Origin: an uncultured Acidimicrobiaceae bacterium
GTDB lineage: Bacteria; Actinomycetota; Acidimicrobiia; Acidimicrobiales; RAAP-2
Assembly (NCBI GenBank): GCA_963704585.1
Contig: OY969919.1
Span: 2,617,621 to 2,681,620 of the forward strand
Length of the DNA: 64,000 nucleotides
Direction of reading: 5' to 3'
Below are positions 1 to 9,075 of this stretch, in pieces. A model generated the notes under the pieces. That model had not been told where the DNA came from, searched no databases, and worked only from the letters and a program-made list of their open reading frames with translations. Within the stretch, counting starts at the first letter, position 1; the number at the start of each line of letters is the position of its first letter. The position numbers were made by a program, and so were the translations under genes.

Positions 1-322
1 AGACGGACCCATCAGGTGCGCACATGAGCCAGACGACCCAGGAGCACGTGGGACGGGCGAGTGCAGAGGCGCCCGGTGCCGGTGCCGGCTCGCTCCGCAT
101 CCGGCGGTGTCGGGCGCCGTGGCGGGACCGTCTGCGTCCCTCCATGGTGCTCCCGTTCGGCGATCCCCTACGCCGCGGCAACCGGCGCGTGGAAGACCCT
201 GCGGGTGATGTTCCACGCGTACGACGGCAACACCGACGACGGACCTCTTGCCCTCGCCCTCGCCGTCGTCATGGGGTGAGGATCGGACAGAACGCGAACC
301 ACCGGCGCGCCGACCCGGACCC

Positions 323-961
323 TCACGGAAGGAACGGCCCGCCCGGATCGGGAGCACGCCAGAGCCGCCAGATCGGGGGCCCGTCCTTGATCCGCAGCTC
401 GTCGACGACCTCGAAGCCGAGGCGTCCGTACCAGGAGACGTTCTCGGGTCGTTGGGTCTCGGTGTACGCAGGGAGCAGGTCCGCGTCGCACTGCTCGAGC
501 ACTGGCCGAACCACCGCGGTGCCGTGGCCCCGGTGTTGCGCCGCCGGGTCGGTGGCGAGGAGCGCGAGGTACCAGTGGGGCTCGACGGGATGGCGGCGCT
601 CGACCTCGCGGAGGAGCGTGGCGGCGACCCGCCGGTTGCGCATCGTGACGAGCAGCCGCGCGGCGCGGAGGTCGCGTACCTGTCGATCGAAGCGTCCGCG
701 TGGCAAGGCGCCCGGACCGAGCCACCCGGCGAAGCTGAGAGGTCGTCCAGTGGCGCCGGTGACGAATCGAACAGCGGCGTCGGTCCGGAGGTCGGCCAGT
801 GCGGTTCGGAAGACGCGAGGCAGGACGCGGTACTGGGCGAGAAGCCGGTCACCGGTCAGGTAGTTGAAGAGCGGGTCGTCGAAGAACGCGCGCGAGAGCA
901 ACGTCAAGATTGCCGCGGCGGTGTCGGCCCCTTCGACCTTCCGGACCCCGGTCCCGCTCAC
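323..961 (-). CDS. GNAT family N-acetyltransferase
   Basis: C-terminal 212 aa of ORF 323..1255 (…QHRGHGTAVV…WYGRLGFEVV…). GTG at 961 overlaps the stop of the upstream HTH ORF (GTGA). High GC3 in this frame. Confidence 0.75.
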   Translation of the reverse strand: MSGTGVRKVEGADTAAAILTLLSRAFFDDPLFNYLTGDRLLAQYRVLPRVFRTALADLRTDAAVRFVTGATGRPLSFAGWLGPGALPRGRFDRQVRDLRAARLLVTMRNRRVAATLLREVERRHPVEPHWYLALLATDPAAQHRGHGTAVVRPVLEQCDADLLPAYTETQRPENVSWYGRLGFEVVDELRIKDGPPIWRLWRAPDPGGPFLP

Positions 962-1251
962 CGCTGCGACCGGAGCGCGGCGACCTCGTCCCGCAGCGCC
1001 GCCACGTTCGCAGTGAGTGCCTCGAGCAGCTCCACGATGTGGGCGTTCGACGCCCACGGCGAGGGCGCTGGGTCCCCGCCGACCGAGGGCCCGTCGTAGC
1101 CGGCGGACCGCATCAGGCGGTCGTACCCGAGCCCGAGGGCCTGCGCCAGGCCGGCCAACACCCGTGGCGAGGGGGTCCGGACCTGGTCCTGTTCGAGCTT
1201 GTGGATGTAGGCGGGCGAGCATCCGGCGTCCGCTGCGAACCGTCCGTCGTC
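958..1251 (-). pseudogene. XRE-family HTH protein, N-terminally damaged (no in-frame start before the recognition helix)
   Basis: Frame reads DDGRFAADAGCSPAYIHKLEQDQVRTPSPRVLAGLAQALGL…, which is HTH_XRE helices 2-5, directly after the in-frame TGA of the TetR gene. The first start codon is the GTG at 1161. A possible N-terminus (TTG 1255, MRRRTV) lies in another frame. Confidence 0.4.
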
Positions 1252-1902
1252 TCAAGGCGAGAACGTCGCGGCGCTTCCCGCGGGACCGTCGGTGAGCAGC
1301 GGGAGCACCACCTCGCGCACCACGCGAGCGACGAACTCGCGGTCGGGGACCGTGCCGCGCACGAGCAGCATCACGTTGAGGCCCATCACGACGTCGGGCA
1401 GGAGCTCGAGCGGAGCGCGGTCGGCGAGCTCGCCGCGCGCGGCGGCACGTCCGAGCACCTCCTCGAGCACGGCCCGCGGGCGCTCGAGCAGGACGGCCAT
1501 CGCCGCCAGCAGCTCGGGGTCGCGCCAGGCCGCACCGATGAGGCCGACGAACACCCCGAAGGCACGGCGCGCGGGTTCGTCGAAGTCGGGCATCGCGCCC
1601 ACGAGGGCGTCGAGGTCGCCGGCGAGCGTCCCGGTGTCGGGGATCCTCCCGACCGGTGCGACGCGGTCACGCCACGCCGCGACGGCCGCGACCACCAGCT
1701 CTGCCTTCGACGACCACCGGCGGTAGATCGCGCCCTTGCCTGCACGGGCGCGCGCCGCGATCTCGTCGATCGTGAGCCGGTCGTAGCCGAGGTCGGCGAG
1801 CCCGTCGAGCGCAGCCTCGAGGATCGCGGCCTCGCGGCGTGGGTCGAGCGGTCGGCCCGCCCGCCGGGTCGGGGTGGGCGGGGTTGCAATCGACCCTGGC
1901 AC
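1252..1902 (-). CDS. TetR/AcrR family transcriptional regulator
   Basis: N-terminal HTH: [48 protein letters not shown]. Divergent from the ABC exporter genes. Confidence 0.9.
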   Translation of the reverse strand: [216 protein letters not shown]

Positions 1903-1950
1903 GCCTCCATACTAATACGGAACCGTTCCGTATCAAAAGGTGGCGCCCAC

Positions 1951-2904
1951 GTGCCCGAGACGATGATCGAGGTCGACGGGGTGACCAAGTCCTTCGGCGA
2001 GACCCGCGCGCTCGACAGGGTGGACCTCGCAGTCGAGCGGGGGCGCATCCTCGGTCTGCTCGGACCGAACGGCTCGGGGAAGACCACGTTGGTGCGCATC
2101 CTCACCACGCTGCTCCGTGCCGACTCGGGTCGAGCCCGCGTCGCCGGTCTCGACGTCGAAGAGGAGGCGGGCCGGCTCCGGTCGCGCATCGGCCTCGCCG
2201 GGCAGTACGCCACGGTCGACGAGCTGCTCACCGGGCGCGAGAACCTCGAGCTGGTCGGCCTCTGGTACCACCTCCCGAAGGCCGAGTACCGGCGTCGCGC
2301 CGCGGAGATCCTCGAGCGCCTCTCCCTCACCGACGCGGCGAACCGGAAGGTTGCCGGCTATTCGGGCGGGATGCGACGGCGACTCGACATCGGAGCGAGC
2401 CTCATCGCGCGGCCCCCGGTGCTCTTCCTCGACGAGCCGACCACCGGCCTCGACCCGCGGACCCGCAACACCATCTGGGAGTTCATCGAGGAGCTCGTCG
2501 CGGCGGGGACGACCGTGCTGCTCACGACGCAGTACATGGAGGAGGCCGAGCGCCTCGCGCACGGCATCGTCGTCCTCGACGTCGGTCGGATCATCGCCCA
2601 CGGCACCGCCTTCGAGCTGAAGGAGCAGATCGGCGGCGACGTGCTCGAGGTGCGGGTGCGGCGTCCGGAGGATCTCGGTCGGGCACGGTCGACGCTCGCC
2701 GAAGTCGCAGGCGCCGCGGCCCGGGTCGACGACGACCAGCGCATCGTGAGCGTGCCGGCCGACGGTGGCACCCCGCTCCTCATCGCGGCCGGGCGTCGCT
2801 TCGAGTCCGAGCAGATCGACCTCGACGACCTCGGCATCCGACATCCGTCACTCGACGACGTGTTCCTCTCCCTCACCGGGACGCGGCGGACGGAGGAGGA
2901 GTGA
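1951..2904 (+). CDS. ABC transporter ATP-binding protein (DrrA/daunorubicin-resistance type)
   Basis: Walker A GPNGSGKTT, signature YSGGMRRRL, Walker B VLFLDEPTTGLD. GTG 1951 follows AAAGGTGG; ATG 1963 is an alternative start. Confidence 0.92.
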   Translation: MPETMIEVDGVTKSFGETRALDRVDLAVERGRILGLLGPNGSGKTTLVRILTTLLRADSGRARVAGLDVEEEAGRLRSRIGLAGQYATVDELLTGRENLELVGLWYHLPKAEYRRRAAEILERLSLTDAANRKVAGYSGGMRRRLDIGASLIARPPVLFLDEPTTGLDPRTRNTIWEFIEELVAAGTTVLLTTQYMEEAERLAHGIVVLDVGRIIAHGTAFELKEQIGGDVLEVRVRRPEDLGRARSTLAEVAGAAARVDDDQRIVSVPADGGTPLLIAAGRRFESEQIDLDDLGIRHPSLDDVFLSLTGTRRTEEE

Positions 2905-2908
2905 ACCG

Positions 2909-3718
2909 GTGACGGACGTGGCGACCATCGAAGCGGTCAGGGAACGGACCATGACCCCGGCCCTGGCCCTCAAGGACACCGGTGGTGTCGCGAAGCGCAA
3001 CCTCCTCCGGATCCTGCGCACGCCGCAGCTCCTGCTGATCGGCGCGGCCCAGCCCGCGCTCCTCCTGCTCCTCTTCCGCTACGTCCTCGGCGGCGCGATC
3101 CAGGTCCCCGGCGTGTCCTACGTCGACTTCATCGTGCCGGCGGTCTTCGTCGAGGCGGTGCTCATCGGCGGGATGACGACCTCGATCGGCCTGTCGCAGG
3201 ACGTCAAGAGCGGCATCATCGATCGGTTCCGGAGCCTGCCCATGGCCCGCTCCGCCGTGCTCGCCGGGCGCACGGTCGCCGACCTCTGCCGGAGCGTCCT
3301 CTCCCTCCTCGTCATGGTCGTGCTCGGGCTGCTCGTCGGGTTCCGGTTCCACAACACCGCGCCGGCGATCGTGGCCGGGATGGCACTCATCCTCACGTTC
3401 GGCTACGCGTTCTCGTGGGTCTATGCCGCGATCGGGCTCGCCGCCAAGGACCCGGAGACCGCCCAGATCGCCGGCATCCTCCCGTTCTTCATCCTCATGT
3501 TCGCGAGCAATGCGATCGTGCCGGTCCAGACCATGCCGTCGTGGCTCCAGCCGTTCGCCCGCAACCAGCCGCTGAGCATCACCGTCGACGCGGTGCGCGC
3601 GCTCTTCGAGGGAGGCGTGGCCGCGCACTGGGTCTGGCAGACCCTCGCCTGGTCGCTCGGGATCTTCGTCGTGTTCTTCACGATCTCGCTCCGGCTCTAC
3701 CGCCACGTCACCGCGTAG
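2909..3718 (+). CDS. ABC-2 type transporter permease (DrrB-like)
   Basis: Starts 5 nt after the ATPase stop. Six predicted hydrophobic helices and an ABC-2 style N-terminus (AKRNLLRILRTPQLL). Start is GTG 2909 or ATG 2951. Confidence 0.85.
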   Translation: MTDVATIEAVRERTMTPALALKDTGGVAKRNLLRILRTPQLLLIGAAQPALLLLLFRYVLGGAIQVPGVSYVDFIVPAVFVEAVLIGGMTTSIGLSQDVKSGIIDRFRSLPMARSAVLAGRTVADLCRSVLSLLVMVVLGLLVGFRFHNTAPAIVAGMALILTFGYAFSWVYAAIGLAAKDPETAQIAGILPFFILMFASNAIVPVQTMPSWLQPFARNQPLSITVDAVRALFEGGVAAHWVWQTLAWSLGIFVVFFTISLRLYRHVTA

Positions 3719-3751
3719 AGCGGGCCGCGCCGAGGATCCGGATCCGTTCAA

Positions 3752-3774
3752 CCGCCGAGTCGCCTACTCGGCGG
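3752..3774. terminator. Hairpin between convergent genes (CCGCCGAGT-cgcct-ACTCGGCGG)
   Basis: Perfect 9-bp stem with a 5-nt loop between the permease stop and the end of the sulfotransferase gene. No clear U-tract. Confidence 0.4.
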
Positions 3775-4390
3775 GGTCGAGCCCGAGCTCCTTGCGCGCG
3801 TCCTGCGTGGTGTTGACCTTCGGGAACGGTGTTCCAGGCACTTCGACCCCGAGTGCGGCGCAGATCGGTCCCCAGCCGTCGCCCGGGGACCACTCGAGCA
3901 GGCGATCGGCCGGAGCGGTGCGGCGCACCTCGTCGTTGTGGGCGAGGAAGGCAGCCTTGGCGGCTCCCTCGTCGCGCCAGTCCCCGCAGAAGCGCTCCAT
4001 CATCCCGCGGCCCATGGCGGTCCAGCCGTCGTCGGGCACGTCGGGAGCGAAGTAGGTCTCGAGCGCGATGAAGATCGTGTTGGAGACGCTGCGCCACCAG
4101 TCGTCCGCGTCGCGGACCGATAGGAGGATCACCGCGTCGGGGAACGCCTCGCTCTGCTCGCGCCAGAACGGCGCCGACGGCCAGTCGACGGTCGCGCGGT
4201 AGCCGGCGAAGAAGCTGTCCCAGTCGGGGAGGGATCCGGCATAGGCGGCCGCCCAGATGTCGGGATCGTCCGGGCGCTCGCGCACTTCGAACATGTGGTA
4301 GCAGGGGCCGCCGAGCAGCTCCTCGAGGGCGAGCTTCAGCGACGCCGTCCCGGTCCTCCCGAGTCCGGCACCGACCACGTCGAGCGCCAT
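3764..4390 (-). CDS. Sulfotransferase family protein (Sulfotransfer_4-like)
   Basis: N-terminal P-loop-like GAGLGRTGTASLKLALEELLGGPCYHM, typical of actinobacterial sulfotransferase-family proteins. Confidence 0.7.
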   Translation of the reverse strand: MALDVVGAGLGRTGTASLKLALEELLGGPCYHMFEVRERPDDPDIWAAAYAGSLPDWDSFFAGYRATVDWPSAPFWREQSEAFPDAVILLSVRDADDWWRSVSNTIFIALETYFAPDVPDDGWTAMGRGMMERFCGDWRDEGAAKAAFLAHNDEVRRTAPADRLLEWSPGDGWGPICAALGVEVPGTPFPKVNTTQDARKELGLDPAE

Positions 4391-4511
4391 GTCCCCTCCT
4401 CCCGATGCCGGATGTCGTCCCGAGGCACGCTAGCCCGCGAGGCGGCGGGTCCTGCGCCGAGCGTGGGCGGCGGACCGGCAGACGTCGCAGCGCTCCCGGT
4501 AGGTTGCCGGT

Positions 4512-5151
4512 GTGCTGATCCCTTCGCTCGACCTCGACCGTGTGGAGGAGGCCCATGCGCGGCTCCTCCACACGATCGCCACCCTCGACGACGAGTCGGT
4601 GCGGCGGTCGAGTCTCCTTCCGGGATGGACGGTCGGTCACGTGCTCACCCACCTGGCACGCAACGCCGACAGCCATGTGCGCCGGGCGGCAGCCGCATCC
4701 GACGGCGAGATGGTCGACCAGTACGAGGGTGGAGCCGACGGGCGCGCCGCCGACCTCGAGGCCGGCGCGGACCGACCCGCACGCGACGTCGTCGAGGACG
4801 TGCGCCGCGACCTGCGCCGCGGCGGACCGTGCCTGGCGGAACCTGGACGTCGTCGCGTGGTCGGGACGATCACGCGACGCGACGGGGCAGGTGCGCCACC
4901 TGTTCGAGCTGCCATCGCGACGCTGGCAGGAAGTCGAGGTCCACCTCGTCGACCTCGATCTCGGGTTCACCCCGCTCGACTGGCCGGAGGCGTTCGTTGT
5001 CGAGTGGCTGCCGCGCACGCGCGAGCGGCTCTGGGCACAGCTTCCGGACGAGGCGCGGCAGTTCGACTTCGGCGCGCCGTCGGCCGAGCTCGCCTGGCTG
5101 TACGGGCGCACCACGGTCGGTGGGCTCGGGGCGGCACCGGCGTGGGGCTGA
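4512..5151 (+). pseudogene. Maleylpyruvate isomerase family mycothiol-dependent enzyme (DinB/MDMPI), +1 frameshifted
   Basis: The N-terminal half (LPGWTVGHVLTHLARNADS) is in the frame of ORF 4512. The C-terminal half (ADRAWRNLDVVAW…WQEVEVHLVDLDLGF) is in the frame of ORF 4540. The switch is near 4806-4835. Length 640 nt = 3n+1. Confidence 0.7.
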
Positions 5152-5271
5152 GGCGGGTCGCGCCGAGGCCCGGAGTGATCGTGGCGGCGGCCGGGGCCGC
5201 CGAGCGGCACCCGAAGTAGGCTGCTCGCGTCATCCGGGTTCGGTTCCGAGTCGAGCGGGAAGGAGGGACCC

Positions 5272-6411
5272 GTGTCCGTGCTCATCGACTCCGACACGCA
5301 CCTCTTCGAGCCGGCCGGCATGTGGCGCGAGTACGCCGACCCCGCTGATCGCGACGTCGCGCTCCGGATGGCGAAGGACGAGCTCGGGTACACGTGGCTC
5401 ATGGCCGGCGAACGCCGGCTCAGCCTCGGCGGCCCGCACCGGCCCGGCGACGTCGACGGGATCGGCCACTTCCGCCAGGGACTCGTCGAGGGCCGGCCCA
5501 CCGACTTCGACCTCGACGCGTTCAACGAGCCCTACGCCGACCCGCGGGCCCGGCTCGAGCAGCTCGACCACGCGGGCTTCGGGGCGTCGATCATGTTCCC
5601 CAACTACGGCATCTCGTGGGAGCGCCCGCTCGACGGGAACCTGCGGGCCACCCTCGCCAACATGACCGCATGGAACCGCTGGATCGTCGAGATCGCGGCG
5701 CGCGGCGAGGGCCGGCTCTATCCGGTGGGGCATCTCTGCCTGCGCGACCTCGAGTGGCTCGAGATGCAGCTCGCCGCGCTCGCCGCGGGCGGGATCCGCC
5801 TCGCGATGCTCCCACCCGCGCTGGTCGACGGCCGGCCGCTGTCGGACCCCGGGCTGGAGCGGGCGTGGGCCGCGTTCGTCGACCACGGCATCACGCCCGT
5901 GTTCCACGTCGCGAACCAGCCGCGCCCCTTCGACGAGGCGTGGTACGGCGAGGACCTCGAAGGTGGAATCTCGCCGCTCAGCACCGTCTTTCTCTGGACC
6001 GCGGTGGGGCTCGCGCTCGCCGACCTCATCCTCAACGGCGTGCTCGAACGCCATCCGGATCTGCGGCTCGGCGTGATGGAGCTCTCGGCGCCCTGGGTGC
6101 CGCTCCACCTCCAGATGATGGACGGCGGCTACCGGCACACGGCGCGGTTCAACGGGGAGTCGACCGGGCTCTCGATGATGCCGAGCGAGTACTTCCGCCG
6201 TCAGGTCCGGGTCGCCGCGTTCTCCTACGAGCTGCCGAAGCGGCTCATGGCCATGGCGGGCGACCTCTTCATGGCCTGCAGCGACTATCCGCACACCGAG
6301 GGGACCGAGCGCGCCCTCGACGACTACCGGTCGACCGGCCTCGAGCCGGGTCCGGAGACCGCGGGGTTCTTCGGCGGCAACGCCGCGTTCCTCCTCCGCC
6401 TCGACGCCTGA
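5272..6411 (+). CDS. Amidohydrolase family protein (Amidohydro_2 / ACMSD-like)
   Basis: IDSDTHLFEP metal-binding start and a C-terminal SDYPHTEG motif. GGAAGGAGGG RBS lies 5-14 nt upstream of GTG 5272. Confidence 0.85.
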   Translation: MSVLIDSDTHLFEPAGMWREYADPADRDVALRMAKDELGYTWLMAGERRLSLGGPHRPGDVDGIGHFRQGLVEGRPTDFDLDAFNEPYADPRARLEQLDHAGFGASIMFPNYGISWERPLDGNLRATLANMTAWNRWIVEIAARGEGRLYPVGHLCLRDLEWLEMQLAALAAGGIRLAMLPPALVDGRPLSDPGLERAWAAFVDHGITPVFHVANQPRPFDEAWYGEDLEGGISPLSTVFLWTAVGLALADLILNGVLERHPDLRLGVMELSAPWVPLHLQMMDGGYRHTARFNGESTGLSMMPSEYFRRQVRVAAFSYELPKRLMAMAGDLFMACSDYPHTEGTERALDDYRSTGLEPGPETAGFFGGNAAFLLRLDA

Positions 6412-6418
6412 GGTCCCC

Positions 6419-7214
6419 TCAGCTCGGCGCGAGTCCGAGCTGCGCCGCCCACTCCTGCACGCACGCGGCGAAGAAGGCGTCGCGCGCGCCCGGCTCCTCG
6501 GCGATCACGTTGTGGAACTGGCCGAACAGCTCGAAGGAGACGTAGCCGAACAGGCCGAGCCAGGTGAGCAGGCCGCGCTGGACGACCTCGTCGGGCAGCC
6601 CGGCAGGGAGCTGGGGCCGCACCGGCCCGAGGCCCGTGACGACCGCGGCCTCCGCCGGTCGCGCCGTCGGCGACGGGGCGAGCGCTCCGGCCTCGACGGC
6701 GTCGACGAGTATCTGCGCGAGCACGCGGGTGACCCGGCTCGCCGGCGCGACGGTGTCGACCGGGGCCGCGTAGCCGGGGACCGGTGAGCCGTAGATGAGC
6801 GCGTACTCGTTGGGATTGGCGTGGGCCCACGTCCGCACCGCGACGCAGGCCGCAGCGAAGCGGCCGAACAGATCCGCGCGGTCGACGGGGTCCTCTGCGG
6901 CTTCGGCTGCGGCGCCGATCGAGTCGTAGGCGTCGACGATGAGCCGGGTGAGCAGGTCGTCGCGGCTCGCCACGTACCGGTAGACCGCCGACGACGCCAT
7001 CCCGAGCTCCACGCGCGACCGCCCGGAGGCTGAGGGCGGCGGCTCCTTCGGTGGCAAGCTGCCGGCGGGCGGCGTCGAGGATCTCGCGGGTGATCTCGGC
7101 GCGCGCCCGCTCCCGTGCCGTGCGAGGAACCGAGGTGGGGGACGCGTCCGTCGTGGCGCCTGCTGCGACGGCGCTGGCTGCCGTGGCCTCGAGCTGCGTC
7201 GGCGTGCCGGTCAC
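6419..7214 (-). pseudogene. TetR family regulator, +1 frameshift inside the HTH
   Basis: …ITREILDAARRQLATEGAAALSLRAVAR is in one frame and ELGMASSAVYRYVASRDDLL… in the next. One extra base near 7010 splits the canonical AVARELGMASSAVYRY helix. Length 796 = 3n+1. Confidence 0.75.
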
Positions 7215-7253
7215 CGCCCGATCATGCCACGGATCGAGAGCGGTGGCAAGAAA

Positions 7254-7270
7254 CAAGAGCAATGCTCTTG
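7254..7270. promoter_or_regulatory. Candidate TetR operator: perfect palindrome CAAGAGCA-A-TGCTCTTG
   Basis: Lies in the 135-bp divergent region between the TetR gene (start 7214) and the SDR gene (start 7350). Further AAGAGCA half-sites occur at about 7306 and 7323. Confidence 0.45.
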
Positions 7271-7349
7271 CATCGGACGACCGATCGTGCAAGGATGGGA
7301 ACCAAGAGCACCGCTCACAACAAAGAGCAGCGATAGATGGAGGTCAGCC

Positions 7350-8375
7350 ATGGGAAGCACGCAGAGGAGCAGCCGGCATGTCGTCGTCGGTGCGGGACCG
7401 ATCGGGAGCGCAGTCGCGAGGCAACTGGTCGCTCGTGGCGACGACGTGGTCGCGGTCACCCGCTCGGGGTCGGGTCCGGACGGGACGCAACGGGTCGCGG
7501 CCGATGCGGCCGACAAGGCGGCGCTCGCCGCCATTGCCGGCGGAGCGACGGCCCTCTACAACTGCGTGAACCCGCCGTACGACCGGTGGCCGACCGAGTG
7601 GCCACCCATCGCCGCATCCCTGCTCGGCGCGGCAGAGCGCACCGGTGCGGTGCTCGTGACCGTGGCCAACCTCTACGGGTACGGTCCGGCACGGCTCTCC
7701 CTCGGCTCCGACGCCTACGACCCCGTACACCCGATGACCGAGGAGACCCCGCTGGCGGCGGCCGGCACCAAGGGTCGCGTCCGAGTCCGCATGTGGCTCG
7801 ACGCGCTCGCCGCGCACGAGGCGGGACGGGTGCGCGCGGTCGAGGTCCGTGCCTCCGACTACGTCGGTCCCGGCGCCCAGAGCATGGGGGGCGACCGGCT
7901 CGTGCCGCGGGTTCTCACCGGGAAGGGCGTCACGACGATCGGGTCGGTCGATCGCCTGCACACCTGGAGCTACACCGAGGACGTCGCGCGCCTTGCGGTC
8001 GCGGTGGCAGGCGAGCCCTGCGCGTGGGGCCGTGCGTGGCACACGCCGTCCCATGCCCCGCGGACGCAGCGGGAGCTCGCGGTCGAGTTCGCGCGTGCTG
8101 CAGCGGTCGCGCCGGTGCGCACCCACGCGATCCCGCACGCCGTGCTCTACGCGCTGGGAATCGGATCGTCCGTGCTCAAGGAGCTGCGTGAGACCGAGTA
8201 CCAGTTCCGCGACGACTTCGTGATGGACTCCACCGCGGCGCGACGGACCTTCGAGATCGAGCCCACCCCCTGGGCCGAAGTGCTCGAGGGGACGCTCCGC
8301 TCGTACGGCTGGGCGCCGGGAGGTGCGATGTCGGGTGGTCGGAGCCGCGGCCGGTCGACGGCCGGGACGCGCTGA
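7350..8375 (+). CDS. NAD-dependent epimerase/dehydratase family protein (extended SDR)
   Basis: Rossmann start VVVGAGPIGSAVARQLVARGDDV. ATG 7350 is preceded by GATGGAGG. Confidence 0.85.
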   Translation: MGSTQRSSRHVVVGAGPIGSAVARQLVARGDDVVAVTRSGSGPDGTQRVAADAADKAALAAIAGGATALYNCVNPPYDRWPTEWPPIAASLLGAAERTGAVLVTVANLYGYGPARLSLGSDAYDPVHPMTEETPLAAAGTKGRVRVRMWLDALAAHEAGRVRAVEVRASDYVGPGAQSMGGDRLVPRVLTGKGVTTIGSVDRLHTWSYTEDVARLAVAVAGEPCAWGRAWHTPSHAPRTQRELAVEFARAAAVAPVRTHAIPHAVLYALGIGSSVLKELRETEYQFRDDFVMDSTAARRTFEIEPTPWAEVLEGTLRSYGWAPGGAMSGGRSRGRSTAGTR

Positions 8376-8376
8376 G

Positions 8377-8961
8377 ATGCCCGCGGCGATCACCGCGGCG
8401 GTCGACGGCGTCGACGCACGCACGGTCGCGCGCACGGCGTGGCAACGTCGGACGCTGCTGGTCGGCGGCGTACTTCAGGCCGTCTTCGGGGCGCTCTGGC
8501 TCGAGCGGGGCCTCCATGCGCTGGTGCCGTCGAGCGCAGCGGTCGTGGTCGCCGGATCCGCGCTCGTCGCTGGCGGAACGGCCGCGATCCTCCTGCGGCG
8601 TCGCGCCCCGTGGCCCCGGGGAGGAGCAGCGCGCCGCATCGAGGTGCAGCTGACGACCGCCACCGTGGTGCAGCTCGCGGTCGCCGTCGCTCTGCCGATC
8701 CTGCTCGGGCACCTGGGCACCGGCCGGTACACCCCGGCAGCGATCGTGGGCACGACCGGCCTGTTGCTGCTCGCGGTCCACCGCCTGGTCGACTCCCCGT
8801 ACCACCGCCGAGCCGGACGGCTCCTCGTCGAGCTCGCTGCGGTCGCGGCCCTCTTCGGCGGTGCACGACCGGCGCTCTTGGCCCTCGCTGCCGCGTCGGT
8901 GCTCCTCGGCTTCGCGGCGGCGGGATTCGCCCGGCTCGCCCGCGGGGCACCCCCCTCCTGA
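8377..8961 (+). CDS. Hypothetical membrane protein
   Basis: ATG lies 1 nt after the SDR stop. Four or five hydrophobic helices. I recognise no family. Confidence 0.5.
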   Translation: MPAAITAAVDGVDARTVARTAWQRRTLLVGGVLQAVFGALWLERGLHALVPSSAAVVVAGSALVAGGTAAILLRRRAPWPRGGAARRIEVQLTTATVVQLAVAVALPILLGHLGTGRYTPAAIVGTTGLLLLAVHRLVDSPYHRRAGRLLVELAAVAALFGGARPALLALAAASVLLGFAAAGFARLARGAPPS

Positions 8962-9075
8962 GCGCACAGTCGGGCGCGGCCGGCCGCGGCGCTCGTGTCA
9001 GGATGGAGGAGCACGCTGGATGTCGTGCCGCCGGTGGGGCGGTGACCGCGCCCACTCGACCGACGGGGGTCGACC

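Noticed and set aside
24-279. Small ORFs 24..863 and 61..279 at the left edge. The segment AIPYAAATGAWKTLRVMFHAYDGNTDDGPLALALAVVMG has good GC3 and could be the end of an about 85-aa protein joined by another +1 shift near 165-172.
   Set aside because: There is no recognisable family, and the N-terminal part is Arg-rich and unconvincing. The case depends on assuming yet another frameshift, so support is too weak to call a feature.
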